Both the position numbers and the translations under genes were made by a program. Shown here piece by piece: positions 38,963-52,391 of a stretch of DNA of 64,000 nucleotides (position 1 is its first letter; each line of letters opens with the position of its first letter). The stretch lies in NCBI GenBank assembly GCA_002633005.1, contig NMRA01000023.1, positions 240,580 to 304,579 of the forward strand. Reading direction: 5' to 3'. The DNA is from Phoronis australis (lineage: Eukaryota > Animalia > Phoronida). The notes beneath the pieces are model-generated. The model had not been told where the DNA came from. It ran no database searches and saw only the letters and a program-made list of their open reading frames with translations.

Positions 38963-40222
38963 AATTACTCTGCGCGTGTAAGTGCAGAGTACTGTTGTTC
39001 CTGGGTTTTCTTCAATTTTATTCTTATTCTTCTTATTCTTCTTCTTATTCTTCTTCCGATCAAATTTGAGGCTTAATAACTCCAAATTGGGTGCAGGTAC
39101 GGTCTTTAAATTCAGCCTATGACTTTTGACAGTATATAAATTTTGATTGGTTATATAATCATATTCCATATTGCACCGGAAGAGGTCGTTTGGTGCAAAG
39201 GTCATATAATTGTCAAAATGCTACTCCTCCTTCAGTTTTAAAGCTACCTTTTTCAAATTCGGTGCACAGGTATAAGTCTACATGACAATTTAAAAAATTA
39301 CTTTTCTAAGTAATCAGGTCATCCAGTCAGGTGAAATAGGTCAAAGGTCATTAGGTGCAAACTAAAATTTTGAGCTAGACACTTCAAATTGACATGTCTG
39401 ATTGCCACAGGTAAATCAAATCGGAATCCAAAGTTTCAGGTCATTTAGTGCAAACATGGGGTAATTAGGTGCATTTTTCTTCTGAAAATTTGACCTTTTC
39501 AATCAGCAAGTATTCTGATGTGTCAACCGTTAGACAACTGTGATTCTCAGCGTTAAACACATTTTCCATGGGCTTTGCAATAATTCTCCTAAAGATGCTT
39601 AAAATGCACCGGATAAGGTCAATCAGTGCAAAGGTCATGTAACGTTCAAAATGTTATATGTCTTACGTTTTTCAAGGAATTGTTTTCAATTTCAGCACAC
39701 TGGTGTAAGTCAACATGCCAATTAAATACCATACTTTACTTTGCAATAGGCCTAACCAATCAGAAAAAATAGGTCAAAGGTCATTGAGTGCAAACTAAAA
39801 TTTTGAGCTAGAGACTTCAGAATTACGTAGCTGTTTACTAAGTGCGATTGAGTTTGAATTCTAAATGTTCAGGTCATTTGGTGCACCAATGGGGTCATTA
39901 GGTGCATTTTTCTTCTGGAAGTTTGACCACTTCATTCATCTTGTATTCTGAAGTGCTTAAAGTAAAACATCTGTGATTATTAGCATTAACCACACTTTTA
40001 ATCGAGTTAACAATTACTCCCTCATCGGGGCTCATAATGCACCGGAAGGGGTCAATTAGTGGAAAGGTCATCAAAAAACCAATATGTAATTTCTCCTACA
40101 GTTTTAAAGAATTCCTTTTCATATTGGTAAATGGGTTGCTGTCAGTAACTTAACATAATATTTCCAGTAATACACACGCGCAGAGTCCGTTATTGTCACG
40201 CCGTGACAATAATCTTTCTAGT
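38963..40222 (+). mobile_element. Non-autonomous Helentron/HINE-type element with an internal tandem array
   Basis: Subterminal inverted repeats ACTCTGCGCGTGT (38967) / ACACGCGCAGAGT (40174). A (CTT/ATT)n microsatellite. About 432-bp units start near 39171, 39603 and 40036. A 3' hairpin TTATTGTCACG-C-CGTGACAATAA is followed by TTTCTAGT. No TSD. Confidence 0.8.
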
Positions 40223-40284
40223 TGTATTTCTGTTGATCTCTGTAGCTGCAAATGCGTTGTTGTAATATTTTTGTAGTATTAGTA

Positions 40285-41465
40285 GTATTTATTTATTATA
40301 GTGACAAGTACAATTAAATCAAACAGTTATAGATATAACATTCGTAAGAAAGATAAGTACCCAGCCCAGTTGGGCTTATTAGTCTCTTTAACCACACAAC
40401 TCAGATGCAGGCCTACCATAAATGCGTCGGTTTCTAAATTCAAAAGCAGACTTGATATATTTGGCAAATTGCCTAGGGAAATACTGAAATAGCAGTTTTA
40501 ACGTATCTAATCTACTGAAATCTACATTATTAAACAGAATAGACCTCCGTGAGTTATAAAGAGAACAATCAAACACAAAGTGTAGCTCATCCTCCACAGA
40601 GCCAGAGTCAGCACAAGCAAAGTATTTCACTTACAGGAGTGTTTACATAACGACCAGTTTCCAAGTGCAATGGGAGATTTCCTGCTCTAAGCTGAGCCAG
40701 AAGAGACCGCTCGGAACGAGATAAATTAATCTTTACATACGGCTCAGTTAAAAACTCGTGCTTAAATAAAATTTAAGTTCTTAACTTGGGTTTAGTTACA
40801 ACAGATTCAATCTAAGCATGTTTTGCGTATTCAAATAGTTTGTTTCTAGCATCTATTATGTTACAAGTAGTCAAATTTTGAAAACAGGATTGCATGCCAG
40901 TTATGTTAAGCAAATTTTTTAATCCGTCTATCCAACCCTTTCTACCAAAAGAGTAGCCCCATAAAAATACCTTTTTCAGTATCCTATCACCACCAGTGGT
41001 TACTAGTTTGTTCCAAAGACGCAGCACATTCAATTTAAATCTATTTCCGGTGGAGCCCCACCCCATATCGCCACTAACAGCATGAGTGGCTGTAAATCGG
41101 TTGACCCCTAAATAAAAACGTATCGCTCTGTTTTGGATATTTTCATCGTTACCAAAATTTTTGTAACCCCAAGCAGATGACCCGTAATCCAAAATTGGTG
41201 TCACAAACGAATTAAACATTTCGATTCCTAGATTCTTGTTATCACGGAATGTTGAGCATATCTTCCCTAACGCTCTACCAGAAGATTCCGATAACGTATT
41301 CAAATTTTCTTTGAAGTCAACGTGTTGATCCAGACTACAGCCTAAATATTTGTATGAAGATTTATAACTGATGACACTGTTTAAAATAAATTCAAAATTG
41401 CTTCTAGGCATAGACTTAGATCGGAAATGGACAACATTTAGTTTTTGCCATGTTCACAACCATTC
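40285..41465 (-). mobile_element. 5'-truncated CR1/L2-group LINE (end of RT and C-terminal region)
   Basis: YKYLGC, PILDYGSSAWG, IQNRAIRFYLGV, VEDELHFVFDCSLY, and an AATAAAT-type tail near 40290. Confidence 0.88.
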
Positions 41466-43809
41466 ATGTCATTTTCATTCTCAGACAAAAGTGAAATATC
41501 GTCGGCATAAAGAAGCACTGAAATACTGTTCGGGCCACATTGGACACCTTTACCCAGTTTTTTAATATTCAGGAAGAAATACACACAGTGGTACCTAGCT
41601 GTATTTTGACGATAGTCTTCATACAGCTAGCTGGCTGGCTAAAAATACGAGAGCAAGAGATAAGACTTGAACGGGAAAAAGTTAAAAATTGAGAAGAAAG
41701 AATGGAAAGAGAGGATGGAAATGGAGAAGAAAGAAAGGGCGGGAAGGCTAGCTATAGAGAACAACATGTTAAATCTCATCGCAAAATTAATTAATTGACT
41801 AAATTGAATTGACTGATTTGTGTTAGATTTTATGAGAATGAAAATAAAAGAAGTTGCATTCGCAGAGTGACTTGCAAGTAGTTTGTAAACTAGCGGATAT
41901 GTACTACGACAACTGGACACCCTGAGCTCAGTTACTCGGTTCACGTTTACTTTCACGTACACGTAAAAACTTAGCTGTTGCAAAACCCATTTTTCTTGCC
42001 GTAACATGAATCGGCACGCGCAGTTATATATGCGTGATGATTCACCCTCACGTCGCTTTGCAAAACCTCTCATTTTTTATGCAGTTCATTCGTTCATACT
42101 ATAAAAAGCGATTTTTTTCAAACTTTTTGCACGTGTTCAAGGTTAATATTTTTTTAACTTCACGTCATACCAAAAAACAGCTAAAACGGCGTTAAGAGTT
42201 TTTGTCTATAGCTCGGACCACACTTGCCTACAGCCTTACCTGCAAAGTTCATTTTCAGCACAGCCAACATTTTTTCATGGCGTTTGTCGACCGCACGTTA
42301 CTTGTAATTGTTGCGAGATCATAGTCACGCACATTCATTTACGTTTGGAAGTCAATTTCTTCAAGAAATCTTTAGCCACTGTTTATGCTGAAGTCGTAAC
42401 CAAAACGTTTTGAGTCTTTTAAGAAAACATGCCCACAATTATCCGATACTGAAGTGGTGCCGAATGAGCCGGCAACTCGAGTTGCAAGCAAAACCATCTT
42501 TTTTAAATTCGCAATTTTAAGTTGAGCCACTTCACAAATATTTCGAAACGCTTCCTGAAGTCGCTGAAGGTTTCAACATTCTTGTCGTTAACAGAAATCA
42601 CGTCCTATTATGGTTTAAAATTGGAATATTATAAGACTGCACAACTTTATGCACTGAAGTGGCGCCAATTCTCAGTTTATCCCCGCCATTCATACATGTA
42701 ATATCGCTGTGGCTACTCTGACCTACTTTGATGCGTTCTTGGTTTCGGGTTCGGTCTCGGATTGGAGGCATACAAATCCTGTTGATTTAGCGATACTGTG
42801 TCCAGTAACTAAAAGTTTTTAATTTAGTTTAATCGAATATTACTACTGTTATTATCATACCACAAAATAATGAAAACAGAACGCTACTGTAGTTAACACT
42901 GTAGTTTACAACGATTAGATTCACTGGCTTTGTTTACAAGCTGTCTTGAACGGGCGAGATTGAGGAAGGAGCGACAACAAAGGCTGTGTGGCAAAAATGT
43001 TCGTTTATTGTGAGGAGAATTTGCGATTTTAATTACCAAATGCTTTCTAGTGTATCACGTTTCATTCAGCTTTAACCGTATTGCTGTGAAAAGTATTTAG
43101 CTAAATGCACATGTTAAGTGGTTTTGTGGCTTCTTGTTGAATGGTTTCAAACTACAGACTACATCAGAAAGCATCGTGTTTTTGAAAATTCATACAATCC
43201 ATGTCATTACTAATAATTGTGCAAATACTGATGGTTTTGCTCATTTTTGTTCAAATTTGAAGGAATAGAGTAAGGAGATATTAATAACTACTAATCATTA
43301 ATCACATCACCTTGGAAGACGAGGAAATTAATTTTGCAAGTACTTATTTAGAAACCAAATCAGTGAAAACAGTATAATATGAATGTTGCATTAAGCTCAG
43401 CCAAAATTTTCGTTGATTACAAATATTTCAGGTCACAAAAACAGCTAACAACCTTAACAAGAAGTGAGAAACACCTAGATTTGGTAGGAGGTTAACATCA
43501 CGATTTCCCGACAACGCGGGTATTGTGAGAAATTGTGCAAGAAGATCAAAAGCGTGTACAAAATACAAAACCAGGAACTGGACGGGTTTATCATAAAATA
43601 TGTGCAAAAATTCGCGACCAAAGATCTTTTTAGACCTCCCCATACGGAAACCGTGCCAAACACAGGAAGTTGATATTCCAAATCATGCTAAAACGTGCTT
43701 CAGGGGTTTCGAAAACAAGGTTTGTGAAGATCTTGTCTTACATAAAAATGTTTTCCTAAGCGACGAATTACGTATCTTGTTCTCTGGGCATGCCAATAGT
43801 TAGCCTTGG

Positions 43810-44575
43810 TACAAAGCTGTATATTTATATATACACCGATTTGCACCGATGTGGGTTAAAAAAGTGGTAAGATAAAATCTGATACAAAATTAGTGTCATT
43901 AAAAACTGCAATCTTCCTTGAGTAAAACTAAACGAAATTATTTAACAGTGTTGGAAAAATGGCGTTCTACCGATATTCTGCTGCTAAAGTTGTGGAGCGA
44001 TGTTTAGCGAAGGCTATCGGCGTCATGAAATATTGTGTCATCTATTAGCCAGTTTCTTTTTTGGCCGATTCTTCAATCAACGGCTCTTCTTTCACGAGAT
44101 GGCGTACACGTCACAACAAATTATCGGAATTGGTTTCACTTCATTGTAAATTTTTAGAGTTGTGATACCGAAAAACCGAATTTCAGAAGGAATTTTGCTA
44201 CTGCCAAGCTATCATCATCCCCCGAGAGATGTCGCAAAAATTAAGAAATGGCGCGTGCGCGTGACACGAGCGTATTGTTTTCAAAACGACGACATACTTT
44301 TCATTGTTAGAAAAGGCGTAGAGGTACGCAAGAAAATGACGTTTATTGCATCGTTTTTCACTTAAACGGCTGTATCGGGCAAGATGAATGTCGGTTGACT
44401 CTCAGATTTTGCATGCACCCCGTCCGGTCTTTAGCTTTACATGTTGATACCAGTTTCACGGCGAGTTGACGAGCAGAACTACCCTGGCTGAGTGCAATTT
44501 CGGGGTCTACGGAAGAAATACACACAGTGGTACCTATATTGACGACAGTCTTCATACAGCTATCTGGCTGGTTAG
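43810..44575 (+). repeat. Repeat family A, uninterrupted copy (short extra copy at about 41571-41640)
   Basis: Matches the reverse complement of 6025-5352 joined to 1909-1860. ggaagaaatacacacagtggtaccta...agtcttcatacagcta is duplicated at 41571 and 44511. Confidence 0.75.
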
Positions 44576-44745
44576 CCAATAGTACAATCAGTGCATTCTA
44601 GGACAAAGAAGCTTTATGGGAATGGCGAAAGGCTATGAGACAGATGATTTGTACACCAACGAAGGAAGACCATACGTTCGTTGGAGAAGCTGTAGTTTTT
44701 AATATAGCGAATTGACAGCCATCCTGATGAATGTTCTTGTCCACA

Positions 44746-44797
44746 AGGAGGGAGGGAAGGAGGGAGAGAGNAGAGAGAGAGAGAGAGAGAGAGAGAG
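44746..44797. repeat. (GA)n microsatellite
   Basis: Read directly; contains one N. Confidence 0.9.
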
Positions 44798-45100
44798 ACC
44801 AAAACAAAGGCAACACGGATAGTTCTGGATGAACGCCGCCAAAAATGAAACCGTTGAAATCTGAAGTCTTTAAGTTATTGCCTAGTGGCCTTGGGATTTT
44901 GAAATACAATGTCAGTGGTCTAAATATAAAATTGCTTTTGTGAATGACGGAAGGCATGTCAGACATTTATAATACCAAAACAAAGGCAACACGGCTAGTT
45001 CTGAGTTAACCCCGCCAGAAATAAAACCTTTGAAATCTGTTATTGCCTAGTGACCTTGGGTCTAAATAAAAATTGCTTTTGTGAATGAAGGAATGTTTGT
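44798..45100. repeat. Tandem duplication, unit about 176 bp, second copy with deletions
   Basis: accaaaacaaaggcaacacgg...gttattgcctagtg...aaaattgcttttgtgaatga at 44798 and 44974. Confidence 0.85.
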
Positions 45101-45329
45101 AACAGCTTTATGAGGTTATAAACTACTCAAACAACTTCATACTTTTCAGGACTTCACGAAAGAATAATAAAGCAAGACAGTTGTTTCACCACGAGAAACT
45201 TTAATTCAAGACATGTTTTGATGTCACATTTGCTAAAAGTTGAAGAGTGAAACGAATGAAATTTAGCAATTAAGTTAAACAGTTCAAAAACAAAAGTCTC
45301 AAAATGATGGCCTGTCATAACGTAACACT

Positions 45330-46342
45330 AATCTGGTCGATTTCAGTCTTTCTCGTCAGTAATCCATAATGCCGTCACCCATGTTCACCACAGCCATGCA
45401 CGTCTCACGCAAATTAAGCGCTGAATCCTGGGGACTGTTGCCTACTCCTGTTCCATGAGACGTCCAATGTGGTCTAGTTTGTGACACGAGGACGCACTCG
45501 ACGACCAAGCTGGTCCCACAGCTGTTCTGCAGGGCTCAGGTCAGGACTTGCTAATGGCCACACAAGACGCTGTATCCTTGTTGTAGCAGATGGTGTTCTA
45601 TGGCCCTTGCGCAGTGGCCTTGTGTTGTCGTCTTGTAAGATACCATTTTGTACAAGCTCCTGAAAGAAAGGTATGGCTACGGAAACAAGAATTCAGTGTA
45701 GTAGCGCTCGGCGTTTAGACTCTCTCGTTGATGGATAAGTAGAGTTCTTTCTTTGAAGGAGATTCTGCTCCACACTATAACACTACCTCCATCGTGTGGG
45801 GTCACGCGCGTAATGCAACAGTTTTCAAATCGTTCGTCTCGCCGTCTCCACACAGTCTACTGCCTGTCCATGGATCGCAGTCAAAACGAGACTCCTCAGA
45901 GAACAGCACGTGCCACCACTGTTTTTGGTTCCAGGGAACGTGTTGCCTACACCATTGCTTTCGAGTTTGGCTATAGACAGCGGTCATAGCTGGTTTACTT
46001 GCAGGACGCCATGCTCTTATGTCGGCTGAATGAAGGTGGTTCCTCACCATTTGATCGCTAGTATTCAGGTGTTGCCCTCGCAATCTCTCTGTGACATCCC
46101 TGGCTGTAATCTGCCGATTTGGCAACATTAAGTTTTAATGTCCCTATCTTGATTGTGAGGAGTAGCGCGTGGACGACCATTGTGTGGAAAGTCATGAACA
46201 TTAACAGAAGCTCGGTACTTGCGAAAGAGGCGTTTTACTCTACTGCCAGATGCACTAAAGTTGTTGGCGACCTCTCTTTGTATACCGCCCGATTCAAATT
46301 GACCAACAGCCCGACGTCTATCATTTTGGTCATACGTGGCAT
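45330..46342 (-). mobile_element. Tc1/mariner transposase pseudogene
   Basis: MPR...RAVG...GRPRAT...QDR...VRNHL...RP...WWHVLFSEESRF...LQDDNTRP...WPLASPDLSPAEQLWDQL (Tc1-type motif order). It is frameshifted, and TIRs were not recognised. Confidence 0.9.
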
Positions 46343-46576
46343 GGTTGACGCCCAAACTGACACTGACACAAATGCACTGATTTTGTATGTAACCTCTACT
46401 AAATTTATGCATTCATTTTCTACTGACTCCATTCTATCAAGTGCAGTGGGAATCAGTGGTGCTCCGTGTTACGCCATTGACAAACAGCCGGCATCAAGCT
46501 CCATACAAGAAACACTATACTCAATAAAGCCATTTGTAATTTCATGTATCAGTACTATTACTAGTAAGCGGGAGTA

Positions 46577-47150
46577 ACCCTGTACCAACAAATCGCAGGA
46601 CAAAACTGAACAGCTGATCGATTTGTTTACCTTCAAAATGATTCGGGTCTGATGTATGCCGACTGAGAACAGTTACAACGTGATTGCTCTAGGCGTGTAT
46701 ACGAGTCACTGAACATTTTTTCAAACAGCGCACTGGCAGTACTTGTCCATCGACGAAAGCCTTGAAAAATGTTCATGAGTTTTCAAACATTCAATCTTGT
46801 CCTCATAGTTTCCATCTTTCGAACGAGTCGCTTAGGCACACGGTTTGTTAGTAATGCCGCTTTTTGTACTTTTTTCCGAATCTTGTAGGGCAGGACGACC
46901 GCGTTTTGCCTTCGGCCGTACCGTAGTCTCCGCCCTTTGTATTTCTGATAACCTCGGTAGCTGCGCATGCGTTGTTGTAATGTTTGAATAAATTTAAAGG
47001 TTATCCTTTTTATTCGTTTTTGGTATTTACAACGATTTTTTTCAAATTTTTGCACGTGTTCAAATTTAATAACTTTTTAAACTTTATGTCATACCAAAAA
47101 CCCGGCTCAAACGGCGTTAAGGGCTTTTTCGTCTCTTACTCGGATCATAG
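46577..47150 (+). repeat. Repeat family B, contiguous copy
   Basis: Collinear with 38600-38960 + 40222-40270 + 42100-42220. Confidence 0.85.
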
Positions 47151-47666
47151 GACTTTTAAAACAACTATTTCCGCGGACTATAGCTAGACTACTAGTAGTT
47201 TTGAGATCTAGCAGGTGCCAAGACAAAGGCGGCCAGACGACTGAAACTCCGAAGTAAAAAATTCGATTGACATACACTATAGCCACCAAACTGAAAAGTG
47301 CGTATCTTGGAACAAATATATTTGTGTTTAATCTTCGAGTAATCCACCGTGTTTACCTATTGTTTACACAGCCGACATCACTTTTCGGCTTAGGGAATGC
47401 CCAAAGTGACGGGATATTCTTCCCGAGCTCTAAAACGACTGTCAGAATTACACACGCCCAACCAACATCGTTTCACCATTCTTATCGCAAAATTTTGTTT
47501 AGCTATAGACTAAAATTAGCTTTACCGCTCAACGTGTTGTTTGTCAGGTAAAATGGCGACTTGGAAACGCAAACGAAGGTGTACCAAGAATGCTGCGTTC
47601 TGATTGGTCAGTTAAGCCGTCGGTCATAATCCTGGTGATAGGTCAGTTGCACTAACAAAGAATCAG

Positions 47667-49022
47667 GGCCCGGTCTCCAATCTCCGTACTCAGACTCGAA
47701 TCATGCTCAAACTCACACTTCATACTCAACTCGAGTACAGACTCAGCTTTGGTGTATTCAATGTCATACTCGAAAAATCTGTACTCGAAATTTCGAGCAC
47801 GTACTCAATTTTCGAGTATACTCGAAGCGAAGTGTATTTCATCCATATTTCGAGTACGATTTTGAGTAAAAATTCCGAGTATATGCTCTAAATTTCAAGT
47901 TTGGTATGGCAGTGTGCTTGAAATCGTACTCGAAAATAAATACGAGCCAGAGAACAAAATATCGAAAGGGAACCAAGAAACACAGCAAATCTAAAAAAAT
48001 AAGTCCTCTTACCGTATCTCAGCACTTCAATTTCAGTTCAGAGATAATAGTTTTCATCTTAAATCTTCTTATTCTTCACCTTATTAACCCGCCGTATCAC
48101 TGTATGTTATGGCCGCCATTCTACCTCTACAATTCCTGGCAACAGGCGCATTGTAATCCTTTGTCGGCGAGTCATAACAAGCGTCGAAAGCAGTTGTGGG
48201 AAAAGTCGTGTGAGAAGTTTGTGCTGCCCTTATTTCGGTATTTGTGCCTACGTTTTGTAGTGTTTCCAAAAGACGAGGTACATTTCTCATCATAACTTAG
48301 TCATCTATAATTCCTCAATCCACAAACGGAATTCCAGATTTTGTTTGCCGATTTCTAAGTAGACGTCTCGTCCCGTTCACTGCCACTGGTGAACTCTGAT
48401 TGCCTGCACAAGTATTGTTTTTTAACTCACGTGCCAAATGTCAACTCACTTGATACATCCCAGTAAAATACAAAGATACAGTATCAAAGTTTGACATCAG
48501 CGTAGGCCTAAACAGCAATGGGTTTATGTCAAGACTGAATTAGCAACAGAGATGTAATGTGATAAGCTGTTACATATTTCTTAAGACATTTTCGGGACTG
48601 GGTGAGGAACTCAAGACGTAAAGCTTAATAATTTGCCAAGTGTATCAAAGAAATGGCATAAGAATATTTATTGAAACTAAAAAATGAATAACAGTTACAG
48701 AACACTCAAAATTCCACGTTATAGACATACTCTTGTAGTTGTAGCGACAGCAGACGATAATGTAGGCCTAGTTCCTGGGGTGGTCTATTCCAATACTCAA
48801 TAGGAAGCGATGAATCAGCGCGGCTTTGCGTGATTTTGCATTTCACATCATAAAGAGTTCCATAGCAACTCAAGTATGAGTGTCAGATTTGAGTACGTTT
48901 GGAGTCTACTCGAAATCCGACATTAGATACGCTTTTTTGAGTACGACTCCAGTGAGCACGATTTTGAGTATGAAATCTCGAGTATGAGTATGAGTCTGAG
49001 TACGGAGATTGGAGACCGGGCC
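47667..49022 (+). mobile_element. Non-autonomous PIF/Harbinger element with a transposase fragment
   Basis: Perfect 31-bp TIRs GGCCCGGTCTCCAATCTCCGTACTCAGACTC. 3-bp TSD CAG. Many subterminal TACTC/GAGTA motifs. About 48125-48280 reads LQFLATGAL*SFVGE...SKAVVGKVV*EVCAALI...VFP (Harbinger HTH region). Confidence 0.9.
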
Positions 49023-49406
49023 CAGATGTTACAAAGTTAGTCATTATAGAGTCACCCATAGAGACAGCAGGTTATAGAATCATCGAGTGTTGGAAGTGTC
49101 TCAGAAATTCATCACAAGTGAAGGCTTTGCAGCACTGGCTCGCGTAAAACATACATTACGTCGGACGTTTTGTTGGAGTAGACTTGTGAACCTACGGTCG
49201 AGATTAATAAAGCGATTAACCAGTGTTCAGTCTTTCGTAGCACCAAAAGCTTTTAGCACCGGTCGCTAACAAACAGCGCCCACCCATTCACGTGGAAAAC
49301 GTGATACGTTGCAATTTAAGTATAGATTGGCCTAATGTAACTATAAATATACTGATAATATTTTAACAATATAATCACATCAATGTACAAGCATCACACT
49401 TAATAT

Positions 49407-49629
49407 TCATTGTACAACTGGCAGAGCAGTCGACGTATGTTCTCTGTCCCTGAGGTCCGCACTTCCATTGTCACCAAGCGTTACCTTGTCAACCACATGA
49501 CTTTCCTCTGTGAACATTGATTGGCTGATTACTGATTTATCTGTGTTTTCATTCTCGACCTTTTGTCCATTCCCACCTTCATCAGGAGAATCACCATCGA
49601 TCTCAAACTGCTGCTTCAGCATCGATTCC
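49407..49629 (-). CDS. Candidate downstream acidic exon of the coiled-coil gene
   Basis: AG acceptor at 49630-49631. The open frame ESMLKQQFEIDGDSPDEGGNG... needs phase-2 entry. It may end at a GT near 49485 or run on to the stop at 49407. Confidence 0.4.
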
Positions 49630-51136
49630 CTGCCATGTGTAAAGCATAAGTGCAACTGAAGCTGGGTAATGAAAGCTTACAATGACCCACACAGGTTTAA
49701 ATTTTATCGCCAATTATATCTATCTGATATCATTGCCAGTTTTACTTTTGCAGTCCACTCACAATGCTTAGTGTGCCCAATTACCACATTGGACGGATCA
49801 CTTGCATTAGTTCTTGGTCTGGTCTTAAAGCAAAAAGTGCCAATAGAGAAATAAAGATGGGCAAAAATGGTTTCTGCAACGGGTTTAATTTTGCTAAAGA
49901 ATGTTATTAAGAGACAAAGAGTCACAAGATGACAGACCTTGAACGAATAGATGGGGGTTTTAAGATAAAGATATGATGTATACGTACATAAGAAGTAGGG
50001 ACTCCTTCAATTCCCACACGCTCACCAAGTATTTCCGTTTATTGTTCTTTCTAACTTTGCTGTATGTCTTGTCAATCTACAAACAATTGCAAGTTTTACG
50101 CTGACTAATACATTCAAGCGAATATGCCGAATTTGAAACTCATCTCATGCATGTTGTCGCGCTTGTCAGTTTGATCTCGCGAACATCTCAATTTCGCCCA
50201 CTTTTCTGTTGTGCAATTGGACCCAGCATCACGCTGATTATGAAATTCCTCTCTGGGTTTGATCTGCCCAGTTACAAACCAACCTTGTCAAACGTTTCTG
50301 AGACATTCTTCTTACCTGTTTTTGCGTTATCGATGGGCGAATCTCTTTTAAATGTAAACACAAAAATAAATCGTTTTAAGAGGCCAAAATTTGGCCCGAA
50401 ATAATAAAGTCCTCCATGGCACCACATTGTCCACCAATACATGGCTCGCAAACAATAACATAAATCTGTTAGCAAAATCATTCATATGGCCTGAGAGCAA
50501 TCACTACGGAAGAATCTTAAAAGGATACCAAACCCAGTTTTGGCCTATTAACAGATTCCAAAAAAGTCCTTCCCGTCCAGTTTTGTGAAACAAAATGATG
50601 TTCTGCAGCCCTCGACAACCCTCGAAAGTTTGGAGGATAGTTCCTTTCAAAGTCTGTTTAACCGGCAAGCGTTACTTACGCTTTTGAGGAATTACACGAC
50701 ACCTTTAGGAAAAGACCACCCACAAAGGACCATAATGTCTAATTTGTGAAATAGGGGTATGCATTTTAGTTGATTCCTACTTTTACCTTTCAAGATTGAC
50801 GCGAATGATGCACTAGCAGGTGACACGAACAAAGATTGGTTGAAGTCATCAAAACATGGTTTGGTATCCTTTAAAGTAACTTGTCTGGTGATGACTCGTG
50901 CGTTTCAAGCAAACTTTGTGTTCCGATATTTACCGAGTAAATTTCAAAGAATCTGCCAAAATTAGTTCCATATAAAATCGGCAAAAATGTCAAAGCAAGT
51001 TTTCTTATGCGTTAGTGTTATTCTTCGTCTGTTTTCTTATGGGTTCTCGCACAATCTTCGACGAATTTAAAAGAAATTTGTCAATGTTTTTTAAAAGCTT
51101 TTGACGACTTCCTGTAGCTCAACAAAGCAAATTCAC

Positions 51137-51319
51137 CTTTTGCTTGAACAATTTCTCGTTTCTCGTCCACTCTTGTTGTTTATGTAGAAACGATGCTTCA
51201 GCCTTGTCGCTCTTTGTCTTCACTATAGTCGTTGCTTTTCGCACGTCGGCGTTCGCTCGCTCTAAAGCTTCTATTCTTTTGTGAAGCTCCTCCAAGACAG
51301 GTCCATGGTTGCATCTTAT
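51137..51319 (-). CDS. Coiled-coil protein exon
   Basis: ag|IRCNHGPVLEELHKRIEALERANADVRK...KLFKQK|gt, 183 nt, phase 0-0. Confidence 0.7.
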
Positions 51320-52217
51320 CTTTTGATAAATATGCATTTGATCAGAGAAAGTGTTCGTTGCTTTGTAACACACACCTGCTTAAGACAGTTACACTGTACC
51401 AAGGAAATCATGGCACTTCAACATTGACTCAGCAACGGATTGAGCACTAAACAGACGAAACTTAAAGATAATTATTTACTTTTATTTCTTGTACTGAACG
51501 TTTTTGGAGAAACTTGCTCATTTCACTCCATTTCGTCACACAGCTCCAAGTACGATACCACTTTTAGATTCATAAAAATCTACAAGATCTGTTACCGGTA
51601 AGAAATAGACCCCGAACAGTTAAGACAATTGTTATGTTTTGATTATCTGTGCTGTCAAACACAAATAAATGTCCGTTGATTCTGACCGGAAATTGGTGCC
51701 AGATTACGCGGGGCGTAGACTTTTCACTGTGAGATGGTGGGTAAAATATAAAATGGTAACGTGGTATTTGTAAGCTCATATTTCATAAACACGGCTTCTG
51801 AGTACTGGTTGTGTATATTTTATGAGTTCATCAAATAACCGATTTTGGGGGATTTGGTCATTGGACGTGTGCAGTCATGCTCCCTGACAAATAAAATGAG
51901 AAGATCACAGTCAATGGTAATCTTTATGTCTGGGCAATCTGGTACCACGTGAGAGCCCGAGGAGACGGAAAAGGTAGCGGAAGGACATGGAGTTTCCTAC
52001 GACTTTGGAGCTTTTGAGCAAATCGTTGAGTCCATATGACTGCACAAAATTCTTCTAGTTTGCAAAATATATTCTTTCCACATAAAATTGGACAATTAAA
52101 TAGAGGGTAGAGCCCCGCTGAAAACCCGATCATTATTTGATATGAAAAATAGAACAAGATCGACAAAACGTTTCCTCTGGTATAGTACGAATACATGTTT
52201 AAACTTTCACTACGTAC

Positions 52218-52391
52218 CTTTTCCAATCGCAGTTTGTCCAGCTGTCGATTCTTCTTCTCGATCATTTCTCGCAGTTTTTGTAGTTTCTGTTTGCGGTCAT
52301 GCCTCTCACTTTCGCGTCTTGGCTCCTCTCCTTCCAATTCGTTTTGTCTAGACTGTAGAGCTTCCATCTCCGCTTCAAATTCTCGGTTTTC
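52218..52391 (-). CDS. Coiled-coil protein exon
   Basis: ttttag|ENREFEAEMEALQSRQNELE...LDKLRLEK|gtacgt, 174 nt, phase 0-0. Confidence 0.78.
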
